A stretch of 63,266 bases of DNA, counting the filler, from Atractiella rhizophila (taxonomy: Eukaryota): the NCBI GenBank assembly GCA_021432655.1. It is 10 parts of 10 records of this genome, joined end to end, with 100 filler letters (N's around TTAATTAATTAA, not from the genome) between each part and the next. Parts side by side here need not be neighbours in the genome. Positions count along the whole stretch, not along the records: positions 1 to 6,538 come from MU272291.1; positions 6,639 to 13,175 come from MU272292.1; 8 more parts are not named here. One strand, given 5' to 3'. The notes beneath the pieces were generated by a model. It ran no database searches, had not been told where the DNA came from, and worked only from the letters and a program-made list of their open reading frames with translations. The translations under genes were made by a program, and so were the position numbers. Positions 1-12,246 of this stretch are shown in pieces. How positions within the stretch are numbered: the stretch's first letter is position 1; each line of letters begins with the position of its first letter.

Positions 1-2095
1 AAACATTCTTGAAGACTAGTCTTGATAGGTTTGCTCAGTGAGGCGGCGTGAGACTGGAAAGCCTTTGTCAGAGCGGCAGCAATAATGGACGACGGGGAGC
101 CTTCTTCCTCAATTGCCATTTCTGTCTCCAGTTCATTATCAGAAACCAAGCCCGACTTTGACCTTTTCGATTTGGAATTTGATTTTGGAAGGTCTTCAAC
201 CTCTTTGCGTTTCTTGCCCTTGGCCATGGCTGGCTGCGACTCGACCTCGACCACTTTCGACTCTGATCCCTTCCCATTCTTCTTCTTTTTCGCTGCCCTC
301 TGCACGGGAGGAACCTGTTGAGTTTTCGGAACGTTCTTCTGGCGTTGTAACCGTTTCTCTTCATCGATGTCCGATACCTCCTCGGATGGAGGAGAACAAC
401 CTACTTTGGACCTCTTCACTTTCTTTGGAGGGGACTCGTCGGCTCTGTCCTCTTCGTCACTAGGCGCATTTCGCGTTTTCCTCTTTGCGTTCCGAATTTG
501 CTGAGCAGGAACGGGAGGGGGAGAATGAGGAGGTTCGAATTCGACTTCGACGCCGACATCTGCAATCTTCCTCTTCCGTTTATTTGCGGCCTCTTTCGAA
601 TTTGCAGGCTCAGGTGCTGATATTGTGGGGATGGCCTTTTCCTTGTGATCCATATTTTCTTCCTCTGTTCCGTCAGATTGGAGCTTCGACCTCTTCACTC
701 TCTTCGTAGGCCCATCCTCCTCCTCGCCAGCAGCACCCTTCGTCCTTTTCCGCTTTGAACCCGTCTCTTTGTCCTCAGATGCAGGCGACACCTTCTTTCC
801 CTTCTTTCTTAATTCTCGATCCACCTGTTCATTTTCTTCTTCCTCTTCGAGGGCCTTCTTTTCCTTTCTTGACTTCTTAACAGATATCTCGACCGGCATT
901 TCTGGTTCCTTCTCTCTAACCTTGCCCTTCCGTTTGGTTTTCTCGATTGAATGTAGATCCTCCTTCACGTCCACGTCTTCATCCTGTTTCCGGAGTTGTT
1001 TCTTGCGCGTACCTTTTCTCGGTTGCTCCTCCACGTCTCCCTCGTCCTCTTCTTCCTCTACCACCTTTCGTTTGCTCTTCGCTGTCTTACTTGGCATCTC
1101 CTTCGCGAGAGTAGTGTCCTCTTTGCTCGTACGGTTCTTTCCCTTTGCCTTCCTTCTCTTCTCTGTCGACTCCCCATTTCCATCACTATCTCCAGCTTCT
1201 ACAACCTCTACTGGAGTCAGGCCTCTCTTCCTCTTCGACTTCCCTTCCTTCTCCCCCTTCTTCTTCGATGGCGAGGAAATAGGAGGTCGCACAGTCTCCA
1301 TCTCTCCAGCCGCCGTCTTGTTCCTATTCCGGCCCTTACTTGTGGGAGGAGGCGGGCGAACTGTCCCTTCCGAGCTATCGGTCTTCGTGCGCGTTCTGGT
1401 CCTCCCGTTTCGCGTTGTTGGAATTGTGGGCACCTCATCGACCTCGACCTGAGGAGGAGAGTGCGGATTTGTATTTGGATTGCGAGAGGTCGCCGCGTTC
1501 GCTGCTGCTCGTGAGGTGGACGCTGGATGGGGAGGTTCGTCTACCATTAGAGGTGCAGTGGAGAAATCGAAAGAAGCTTCTGTGCCATCTGAATCTGAAT
1601 CGAACGTTGTATACTGAGTTCCGGCGGTGTTCTTTCCCACGCGCGTGTTCGTATTCTTTGTAGTGGAGACTGAGGTCTGCTTCTCGCGCTCAATTAGCTT
1701 TCTCTTCATGCAAAGTGATATAGAAAAACGAAAGATAAATAAATAAACGGAGACATGGATATATTGGATCACAGCGTACTTTTGGTGAGTGTGCACGGCT
1801 ATCAACATTGTGACCCTTCAAAGCACTTGCCGCGTTCGATTTTTGGACGTTTGGCACACCTGGAAGGTGTGTAGGTACTACGTAGTTCTCCCATACCCTA
1901 TTACCACATCAGAACCATAAGTATTAGCGTAAGTAGCTTATGCAAGCAAGGCAGTTTGAGTTGGAACACGGAGAAGACGCACTTGAGATCCCCTTTGATC
2001 CGTTTCCTCAGCTTCTCCTCGTGCGTTAGGATGCGATTTGGGTCTGGAGCAGGCGATTTTCGACGTAAGATGACATTGGGCGAGTCCCAGGGCAT
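1..2095 (-). CDS. Large K/E/R/S-rich, probably disordered protein of unknown function; 3' end runs off the window
   Basis: Minus frame appears open from ~1676 to position 1 (...QTSVSTTKNTNTRVGKNT... to ...SLSKPIKTSLQEC); both ends read in the same frame, middle not fully translated. It has no stop inside the window, so it is absent from the ORF track. A putative upstream intron (GTACGC...CTAAT...CAG, ~1778-1677) links it towards the ATG at 2095. Confidence 0.6.
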
Positions 2096-2483
2096 TCCTT
2101 ACGTCCGACCATGGACCGTTAGCTGTGAGCAATGAGCTTCGGAGGGCATACGGATTGGAGACATGTGGACATCCATCTTGCCAATTTCTCACTAATTAAC
2201 CGAGTTATCTGCACTGTCCAGCTCCGAATGCCCTGAGCCTAGCCCCCAAACACGTCCTTGTGAACTTGGAGGTCTCGATCGCGAGTAACTGTCAGAGGAG
2301 TAACAATGCGACGACGCGCGCTCACCCGCGCCCTCTGCGCTTCGGCCACGTAAACGGATTGAGAAATTCAGTGACTTCATTCTTCGACCACTTTACTTTT
2401 CTTCGCCACTCTCCAACAGCTACCCACTGTAGCCTACCACTTCTTAGGAGACCCTTACTAACTCAGAGATATTGGTTGCAAAA

Positions 2484-3527
2484 ATGTCGTTCCTGGGTCT
2501 TGATTTCAGTTGGTTGTGGAATATTCTTGCCTCTTTGGGTACGTCGCTCCTTTGCCACAGTCACAGTAATGGTGGCTCTGTGGGGTTTGCGTTTAGGCAT
2601 CCTTTGGAGAGAGAACTGACATTTCTCTGGTAGGGCTCATGAATAAGAATGCAAAGATTCTCTTCTTGGGGCTCGATAACGCGTTTGTCCCGCCTTCTCC
2701 TCTTCCAAACTTTTCTTACTTGTACCGGTGCTTCTAGCGGAAAGACTGTGCGCTTTTTTTCTGGTATTCGCTGTTTGGGGGTATCGAGAGAGTGAATGGG
2801 TGATTGACAGACCTTACTCCACATGTTGAAGAACGACCGACTGGCTACCCTGCAACCGACCCTCCACCCAAGTGCGCTTTACTCTTAGACTCTTCAAAGG
2901 TGTAACTGAGCCGCTCTCTACTGGGTTATAGCGTCAGAGGAACTGGCTATTGGGAACATTAAATTCACCACATATGACCTTGGAGGACACGAGATTGGTA
3001 TGTCTTTATCTTTCCTTCTTCCTCTCTAGATCGTGTCGATCAATTGCTCATAACGTGTGCTGTGTTTCAGCTCGCCGACTATGGAAAGACTACTTTCCCG
3101 AAGTCGACGGTATCGTCTTCCTCGTCGATAGTGCAGACAACGAACGGTTCCGAGAGTCCAAGCAGGAATTAGATAACCTGCTGAGCATCGAACAGCTTAG
3201 CAATGTGCCCTTCCTCATTCTCGGAAACAAGATAGACGCGATGGGAGCCGTGAGCGAGGATGAACTGAGACACCACTTGGGAATGTATCAGACCACTGGA
3301 AAGGTGCGTCTTCTGGTTTATTCTGCAAGTAAATGGAAACCTGAATTAATTTGTTTGTGGTGATAGGGAAAAGTACCTCTCAATGATATTAGACCGATTG
3401 AGATCTTCATGTGCTCTGTAGTGATGAGGCAGGGGTATGGTGAAGGTATGTCCTCTGTCTCCGCTTCTTTTACTTTACTCACAGAGTCGCCGAATCAGGC
3501 TTCCGCTGGCTGGCACAATACATCTAA
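2484..3527 (+). CDS. SAR1: Sar1 small GTPase (COPII), multi-exon
   Basis: Spliced translation: [107 protein letters not shown]. Confidence 0.97.
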
Positions 3528-3818
3528 ACCCGAACTCCTCTCCGAATCCACTGGCTTGAGATTTCCTTACTGTCCATTTAAACCTCATACATTTCCATTT
3601 TCTCTTCATTCTTGTCATCGTTGTCGTCGGTCGGGTTCAGACTCGTTGCATGGTTCGCCAACTTATTCTTTCTTTCTCTTCTCGTTGAAGTTCGAGGTGA
3701 CGTTCATGATATCTTTATGATTTACATGAACCAGAATCGATAAACGCTCTAACTCCACATCCCTCCTGGGAACCTTTTATCTTTGAGTCGCCGACATATT
3801 CCAATGTAAGGTTTGCGT

Positions 3819-5001
3819 TCAAGTTCTAGAAGTCCTCAGATCGGTCAATCCCACCGTCTTAAAATCTTCAATATCCAACGCAAGTCTAACGATTTCCTCC
3901 CACCTCAACTGTCCTTTACTATGTCTCCTGAATCCATACAACCTCACAAATTCTGTCTCTTCCTCCTCTACCTCATTCCCCAATCCCTGAAAAATGATCG
4001 ACTCGTCCTCCTCACAGTGCAGCGCGATCAGACAAGTTGTGATGAGTATGTCAGCGGTGAGACCTGTGATTGCAGTATGCTGGGATGGGGACGGAGACGC
4101 GAATCGGTGGAGCCGATAGGGACGGGACGAGAGCCAGGTCAGGTCTTGGTATGAGTATTCTAGGGCTGGTGCTACGACGGTTGCGGTGGCGACAGACCTG
4201 TTAGTGTGATGGAGGATGCTGTGCGGTGAAAAGGAGAGGAGGGAGAGGAGTGGGAGGTGGAAGATGGCATCTACTTCGTCTGGGTTCGCTTGGAGGGAAG
4301 AGAGGATGGTGGTGCTCGGAGATGTGGACGTGGATGCGAGGAGGTACACTACTGGGATGACGACGAGGAGGGTGCGGGAGGTTGTTGCGGGCAGGGTAGT
4401 CAAGTAGAGGAGTGGAGAGGAGGGAGGAAGAGGGAGACCAATCTCTTCATGCGCTTCTCGTAGCTGTCATGCCGGCGGAGTGTTAAGCGTTGCATTGGGG
4501 TGACAGAGGAAGAACTCACGGCAGTCTCCCTCACAGTAGCATCTGTTTCATCTACCTTTCCTCCAGGAAGCGCAGCTGCATTCCATTGTCCGTCAGCATA
4601 TTCTATTTCACGTCAGAAAATGGGAATGGAAACACACTCTCTCCCGGATGCGACCGTAACTTCTTCGACCTTGTCGTAAGCGTCACTTGCAGATCACCAT
4701 TCTCATTGATGGAGAGGAGAACGAGAACAGCGGCTAGTCTCTTTCGCGGGAAGCTATCTACACCAGCGCGTTCTCAGTCATTTGTCGTTGCTGGAAACAC
4801 GGAGAAGCGGCACGGAGGGACAGACTCTTGTTTTGCTGGTGGTGCTCCGTATGAGCTCAGGTTCTCGATATACTGTTTCGCCAGAGCGTTTGGTGCGGGA
4901 TTCAAAGACGAATAATCTATTGTTGTTCGAATCGATTGGGCATCGAACTGAGCAGGAGCTGGACTCGTAGCTGCAACTGCTGTAAGCTGGATCTGGGCCA
5001 T
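3819..5001 (-). CDS. PCD1: Nudix hydrolase, CoA diphosphatase type (Pcd1/NUDT7/8-like)
   Basis: Spliced minus strand gives RLAAVLVLL...TLTTRSKKLRSHPGE, Nudix box ALPGGKVDETDATVRETALREAHEEIGL, then ANPDEVDAIFHLPL and ITGLTADIL. Confidence 0.85.
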
Positions 5002-5245
5002 TTTTTCAAGCTTTTTCTTCGATAAAGCATCCAACTGGATAACGCTGAGAACAGGGCTCAATCAGCACCCGCATAAATAATCTGGTAAAAGGTGCTTACC
5101 TATTCTCGTCTGAAGGTTGTCAACTTGAAGTGCACTGATCAGCCCCCTTGGCTTCGCTTAACCCCCAATCTCAGTCTCACGAGAGGATCTCCTTTAAATT
5201 CAGCATCTGTTCACTACTTTGCCCCTTTCTACCAATAGGTCTACC

Positions 5246-6538
5246 ATGGCAGCCCCAGTCGATCGCAAAGGCCAAACGGAACGAGCATTGGAGCAGATTG
5301 CTGCCCGGTAAGTCTCGTTCCCGCAACGGAGTGATCTGAACTCATGCCTGCGTGGATACGATCAGCAAGGCGAATCTAAACGAGAGTGTCTCTACCTCCG
5401 ATTTCACAATCGTTATTCAAGATGATGGGACCGAGGTATCCACTCAGGAAAGGGTGGTGAAGGAAGTTCAGGCACCAGCTTTCTACAAACCGACAGACGA
5501 ACAATTCTTCTCGAGCACGGATAAGACCAAACCCGATGTGGCTTTTTTGAAGAATCACTTTTATAGGGAGGGGAGATTGACGGAAAAACAAGCGTTGTAT
5601 ATTTTGGAAAAGGCGAGCGAAATTTTGAAGAGAGAACCCAACCTACTCACTGTCGATGCTCCTGTAACTCGTACGCTTTCTCTTCCAATTCATGTTTGTG
5701 AATGGACGGTAATGGGTGAATGGTTGGACACAGTTTGTGGTGATGTGCATGGTCAATATGTGCGTCTCATCCCATCAAATCGCAACGAATAACTGAAGCT
5801 GTGCTGCCTTCATAGTACGATTTGATGAAGCTTTTCGAAGTGGGAGGCAATCCAGCTGAAACACGTTATCTTTTTCTCGGCGATTACGTAGATCGTGGCT
5901 ACTTCTCGATTGAGGTTTGTCTTTCATTCATCCCAGATCCAAGACAGAAGTTGATGCAGAGTCTCCGTCGGGTGGCAACAGTGCGTTCTCTATCTGTGGG
6001 CTTTGAAGATTTGGTATCCCGACACTCTCTTCCTCCTACGTGGTAACCACGAATGCCGGCATTTGACAGATTATTTCACCTTTAAGCTCGAGTGTATGTA
6101 CATCCTAAGCCTTGGTAGTAAGTCCGGAACTCGGAGACGCTGAGATTGGGTCACAGGCAAACATAAGTATTCGGAACGAGTGTATGAGGCGTGCATGGAG
6201 AGCTTTTGCTGTCTCCCTCTCGCCGCTGTCATGAATAAACAATTTCTATGCATCCATGGTGGACTGAGTCCCGAACTTAACACCCTCGACGACATTCGGA
6301 AAGTGCGTGGTTCGAAGTTTCTTCAATCAAGACAGTTGCTGATCGAGGATGCCGATATACAGATTGACCGTTTCCGTGAACCTCCTACTCAAGGAATCAT
6401 GTGCGACATCCTCTGGTCCGATCCGATCGAGGACTTCGGCTCTCCGGACCATCAAGACCACTTTGTGCACAACCATGTTCGCGGTTGCTCCTACTTCTAT
6501 ACGTTCGTCATTCCCTTTCCATCATTGTGCCTTCTGAT
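5246..6538 (+). CDS. CNA1: Calcineurin A catalytic subunit (PP2B), truncated at the scaffold end
   Basis: [115 protein letters not shown]. Confidence 0.97.
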
Positions 6539-6638
6539 NNNNNNNNNNNNNNNNNNNNNNNNNNNNNNNNNNNNNNNNNNNNTTAATTAATTAANNNNNN
6601 NNNNNNNNNNNNNNNNNNNNNNNNNNNNNNNNNNNNNN
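6539..6638. other. Artificial scaffold-joining linker (44 N + TTAATTAATTAA + 44 N)
   Basis: Identical 100-nt spacer with stops in all six frames. It recurs at 13176, 19807, 26422, 33010, 37134, 43707, 50260 and 56769. Confidence 0.97.
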
Positions 6639-6815
6639 GTTAGCCTCTTCCATACATTCCCATTACATCTCGCTTATCTATGGGGCATCCTCTCAGCTCT
6701 CTATCCCTTGCGGCCATACTCCATCTTACTGCCATCGTATCCACCACTTGATTGGGCCTAGGTGATACGCTGATTCGTGACGTGTGTCCTTCTTTCCATC
6801 ATTAAACAATTTGTT

Positions 6816-9028
6816 CTAAGCCATTAAGTCGCATTCTGATCTTCTCCTGGCTATGGGACAACGAGCCAATACTTCTGACTTACGCTCACTTTGCGTTGGG
6901 AAGGGGCATTGTTGGAAAGATTTGCCAGAAGAAACCCGCTCCGCACTCCAGCATGAATTCTCTACGCAACGGTGGATCAAATTGAGCCACCTCGCCACAA
7001 TCTTTTGCGTCTTGCAGCTCAATTCATATCAGTGGATCCTGAATCAAGACCGTCGCTGGACAAATTTTTATCAGGGAGAAAGGAAAAAGAGAGCATTGGA
7101 ATCAGTCGATTGGAAATTTTGGATTAGGAGAGTGAAAGCAGAGAAACTCAGATTGAAAACCTTAAAGGGAGACGTCTCATTACTTGTTAAATCTGAAAGA
7201 CGTGTTCGAAAAAGTGTTGCTTTTTTGTCGTTTTCAGCAACCATCGGACCTTCGAAGTTATCCAAAACAAGAAGACATTTTTGACTTCCGAAGTAGGTGG
7301 CCAGGTTCTCAAGTGAGGTCTTGCTAGACTGGGACAGCACGAAGATATCTTTGCAAATGTGGTCCAAGCCTGGAAATAGTGAAAGTTGTCACAGCGAACC
7401 CAGAAGCTGAAATCTTCTCGAAGTGCAACGGTGGATTTTCCATTTCCAGCTCCACCGACAATCACGACGTGGAGGCGGTTAAGTATAGGTTCTCTGGCAA
7501 ATTGGATCTCAGCCTCTCCCCAAAGCAAGATCCTGGAGGTGGTAACGGATACCTTGGACGGACTGCAATCCGTTCACTGCACACTATCGGACCATCGACA
7601 TGATGTCGAAACAGGAGGAGAAAGATCATACCTTGAACGAAGTGGTCTGTAGCATTGGAAGTTTCATGACCCATATATGCCTTCGTACGGTCGTCCACGA
7701 CCTGGTTCGATCCCACTCCCACTTTATGCATTCCACCGTATGGACGGAAAAGCGATGGTTGATCTTGCACATCATCATTTTCACCCAATTCGCTACACGG
7801 CAGCCATCCTCGATGATGGCCTTCACAGCCCCCTCAACCTTAGCTATTGTTGTCGGACGCAAAGCGAAAGTTAGGACATCAAGGATGGACAGATCTTCCT
7901 GTGCTGAGTGAAGAACTCGTAAGGTCTCATGAAGTAATCATGAAGATGTGAAAAGCGTAACTTGTAGTTTGCACATCATGACAAGCCGTCAAAGATGTGT
8001 AATATAAGCACTTTCTGGCAGTAAGTTGCATCACTGAGAAGGTTGATGGCGCCGATCCAGAACACCTTCGAAGATGCAGCCGCTTCCAGTAACAGGTCTT
8101 GGATGGATGGATGTAGATGACCAATCCTGAGCTTTGACTGAGGCTCTCAGAAAGATGAAGATGATAGACTGATAGACAGATATCATGAAGTACAGGGTAG
8201 TAAACAACAGAACCAGGTCACTTTTATTGCAGAGAACTCACAACGAACGTGAAATCCTGCAGACTGTGCACAAGCGGAGCAGTCATCTCTCTAAAGATGT
8301 TCATCAGTTTTGCAGGGCCAATATGCATCTGTCATGGCATGTACGCAATCGTTCATTATATCTCGGACAAGCTGCAGAGAGTGGGCTTATTCCTGAGCTG
8401 GGCAGACAGTGAAGGTACATCGTAGTCTGAGCCTCCCTATTTTCAAATGGATCAAACTCTGCATTTGACTGTGCAGGGCACGGCTCATTTCAGATAATTT
8501 TCCAACAACAGTGTACTGATCCCCCCCAGGCTCACAAATCTACATTTCGTAACTAAGATGAACTGGCCGTACCTCTGGAATAATGCGGAACTCAAAGCTC
8601 ATCAGCTTTACAGCCATGCCTGGTTTCTTCGAAGGAGAGCTAAACGCTCGATGGTGTGGGGATGTTGGTGGTGACGACGATCGAGGTAGCCGAAAGGCAG
8701 GATGTCCATGTATACTGGCGCATGCATGACTGTGCGTCGATGATGGCTGACGCTGACAGTTGTGGAATGCCTGATAGTGGAAAGAGGAATTCTCCATTCT
8801 ACGAGGTATGGTCGCAATGCGGTGATGGGCAAAGTAGCACTCGCGTAGAAGACACTCGCGTAGAAGGGATATCTTGGGTACTATCTCACTCCCTCGTATT
8901 TCGAGCAGATCAGCTGAGCTACTGGAGGATGTGAACCGGCGACGAGGTGTGGGGTTGAGAGGACTTTTGGGGAGGAGGATGTCGCAGTGTGGAAATGCCA
9001 GGTCAGCTGGTTCAGCCATGGGTATCAT
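6816..9028 (-). pseudogene. Degraded STAND/NB-ARC-type (fungal NLR-like) P-loop gene
   Basis: Walker A LHVVIVGGAGNGKSTVA and FWVRCD lie in ORF 7187-7528. Walker B KCLLVLDNFEGP lies in a different frame (7071-7367). Upstream helical and S/P-rich fragments are broken by stops. Boundaries are uncertain. Confidence 0.6.
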
Positions 9029-9773
9029 GGACTGCTTCCATCTGCATCATACTGGTCGGATGGATTTATTCATATCTATGACACAAGGAAATAGAGAAGT
9101 GAGAAACTGACAAGTCAACCGGCGTACCTACAGCGCTATCTGTTCAAGTTTACCTGCCTCTCCTAGGTTATTTACAACTCCGGAAAACCAGTGTCTTCAA
9201 CAAGCTAGGATCTAAAATTGCCTCCTACTTCCCCATCGGTTCCTAACTGGTTTGCTGTTACTTACTATCTTACTTTTTCTTTGAAGTTTCTAGAACAATG
9301 TTTTCACAAGTATATAAAGCCTCCAAAAAACCAAACAATAATTATTACATTCTACAATAACAACACAAATAGCCCTAGATCAAAACTGTGGGAACAGTTT
9401 TAGGTTTGGCACACTTGCTGTGACGAGTGCCTGCACAGTCGTTCCTTTCTCGCTTTACTATACAATCCAAAGCAGTACTCCATGCTAGCGTGGGTGATAA
9501 CTTAGAATCGAGGGTAAACAATTCATGTTGCCATGAGCCTGACGCCATGGAAGGAGGTAAATAGACACAGAAGCATGATGCAGACCAAGCTGTGCTCCCA
9601 AGAGACGCACCGTGACGTAGGCACATAGAAAAGGAGACTGTGAGACTGAAGAGCGTGGAACAAATTAGAAACGGCTCAATCATGAAAGGAGAAAGAATGC
9701 CCCAAGTCCATTTCTTGGCAGCGGTCGTTGTGCAAGTCGGTTTTTGACCGGTTCGTCTTCCTCGTCTTTCGCC

Positions 9774-11521
9774 TCACACATTGGATAGGATCCGAAGGGA
9801 ATCGTTCCTCATGCGCTCTCTTGGGTTGGCGTTATCCAGAAGACGTCCATTGGAGAAGGATGGCTGCAGTCGTACAGTTTTCAACACTCGAAGATTCGCA
9901 TCGCCCAGGATCCAAGGGTGTTGACAAGCTTCTGTAACGCTCATCCGCTCATCTACCCTTGGTCTGCATAGCCCATAGAGGAAGTCGTAACCTGTACATC
10001 ACTTTAACACTATGCAGCAATGTATCAATGAGATCTGTCGTACATTCAGGAGAAGTACCCTCCGGCAAATCGTTCCACTTGAAAACACGCCTTTTAAGAC
10101 GCGTGACAAGAGGTATTTCCGAGTTTTCGCCGTCGAAAGGAATTGTATTGATCATGCAGTAGAAGATGATGAGGCCTAGAGCCCATGCATCACATTTATC
10201 GGTAAACGGACCGAATTCGTTCGCTATGACCTCAGGAGCCAACCTTTACAGATCCATTATCAGCAACGAGTTCGAAAAGGGCAGCAAGGAGAGGTGTACC
10301 AAGTCGTCCTCAACTCGCTTTCCTGAATCATGTTGGCTAAGCTAAAATCTGCAATCTTTACGACAGGGTTTATTTCATGAGTAATGAGAATGCTAGCTGG
10401 CTTGAGATCCCGGTGAACAATCCTTTTGGCGTGAAAGACAGCGATTGCTGGGAAGAGCATCTTAGCAATCTGTCTCGCCTCTTCCTCTAATAAACCTCCG
10501 CGTATTGAGACGTAACTGAGGAGGTCTCCACCATTGATGTATTCAAGGACCACACAAAGGTCATTATCGTCGTCAAAGCATTCGATAAGCTTGACGACGT
10601 TTGGATGGTTAATCTCGTTTAGGATCGCCATCTCTTTTTCAATCATTCCCTTGTTCGTTTCAGACTTTAGTCTCGACTTCCTGATATGCTTCACGGCTCG
10701 TAACGTGCTCGTCCCACGCTCGATCACGCGACATACCTCCCCAGAAGAATCCCTGCCACAATGAAAGTAAATATGAGACGACATGGCAAGAAAGATAGCT
10801 GCGGACATTCTGAGTGCCTCAATGAAATCATACTTCCTCCAAATACCTCCGCAGAATGCCAAAGGATCCTGAGGGAGAGGTTTATTCGGGTCTTGCCAAA
10901 GAAAACCTACATCGCAGGTAGTCAATACCTGCAGTGGTGGGAAAGAAAGGAGGCCCACAATATCCTGTCGAGTGACTTCCGAGTTTAATCTATGGACTCA
11001 TCAGCAAAAACGTCATCGACACAATATTAACAATCACCGTGTCCCCGTGCATGAGTATTGTACTAATTCCTCTCCCGACTTTCTGCTCCCTTACATACGT
11101 TCCATTCGACGACGTATCCTTCAACCAAACTTCCCCATTGAGATCTATCCAAATCGCGCAATGAAAATTAGAAAGAATCGTCGCGTCCAAGCAAACGTAA
11201 TTTTTTCTTGCGCGTCCAATAGTAAGTGTTACTCCTGGAGGCTGGCTGAAAGGGATGGGGCGGCTGCAAAGGGAAGGGCAGGTGGGCAGCATTCTATCCG
11301 CCGTATCGCAAGCACCGCATGAACAAAGTAAGCTACTTGGAGAATTGAGCAGGAATGAGACGCACACCCCCCAAAACCCTATTAATGCCTTCCGATGTTA
11401 GCTGTCTGTTGCGTTAAGCGAAGCAAGGGAGAAAAAACGGACCTGGAGGTAAAGGCTTCAAATAGCCTGCATCATCACCTCTCTGTGTCGCCTGCTGAGT
11501 TAGCTCAGCCTCTTCTTGCAT
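9774..11521 (-). CDS. Rad53/Chk2-like SCD-FHA-kinase protein with degenerate catalytic motifs (probable pseudokinase)
   Basis: N-terminal MQEEAELTQQATQ (TQ cluster); FHA LTIGR...SNFHC...DTSSNGTYV; kinase RAVKHI, HPNVVKL, VLEYINGGDL, HRDLKPAS, KIADFSLA, APEVI, DKCDAWALG, RMSVTEACQHPWI. GT-AG introns join the exons. Confidence 0.8.
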
Positions 11522-12084
11522 CAAGGTATTAGTCACTCCTCGTGGAGAGAGGGAAACAATCAATCTGATAAGGCAAGTTTGGGTGAGAGGATGCAGAACT
11601 ATTCGCTGTATTCGCGCTACAGTCGCTGAGCGAGTAAAATGTGGTAAAGGGATGGAAGAAACCGTAGTTGTAGCAATTCTATGCGTCGTCTGCTTGTTTA
11701 TTGGTGAATCCCAGCTCTTTTAAAGGGAAGCGGAATAAGCACGGCAAGCCAAAGAATCTTTGTGCTCGTTGAGTGAACGACTGCCGATGAAGTGAACGCC
11801 GAAATCCGCTCTATTTGGTTCCTTTCCATTTCATGGACACTTCGATTCATATTAACAGCGCGTCACTGAATGGACGGGCGATAAGATTTGTCATAATCGA
11901 TTCTGTCATAGTTGCGAAACAAGCGGCCGATATTGCACACGCCGAAATCCGAAGAGATTTTCGCGATTTGCAAGCACTTGCATTGTAATCTCTACAAAGA
12001 AAGTAGAAGAGAAGGGGTTATGAAGAAGAATGGTTGTTTTTGTCGAGGAAGAAGTCTATGATTGGGAAACAGTATCACGCATGC

Positions 12085-12246
12085 CACACTGGTTTCAGCC
12101 TGGGTCCCGATTCTGTGTAGGTAGTCGTGCAGGGAGATGTGCCCAGATCGGAGCTGGACAAAGATGGATGCTTGAGCTCTGGGCATCAACGCTATCATCT
12201 CGAAGGACACGTTTGGAGGATCCCTACAAACACGATTATGGGACAA
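12085..12246 (-). mobile_element. Non-LTR (LINE, Tad1-like) retrotransposon ORF2 C-terminal relic
   Basis: MPRAQASIFVQLRSGHISLHDYLHRIG matches the R..AS.L.QLRTGH..L..YL.RI motif that precedes the C-terminal zinc finger in fungal LINEs. Confidence 0.6.

Noticed and set aside
769..1452. 227-aa Ser/Phe-rich plus-strand ORF
   Set aside because: Antisense shadow of the K/E/R-rich minus-strand gene.
6583..6594. TTAATTAATTAA recurring about every 6.6 kb, as a biological repeat
   Set aside because: Always centred in exactly 44+44 Ns, and genes are cut at its edges: an artificial six-frame-stop linker.
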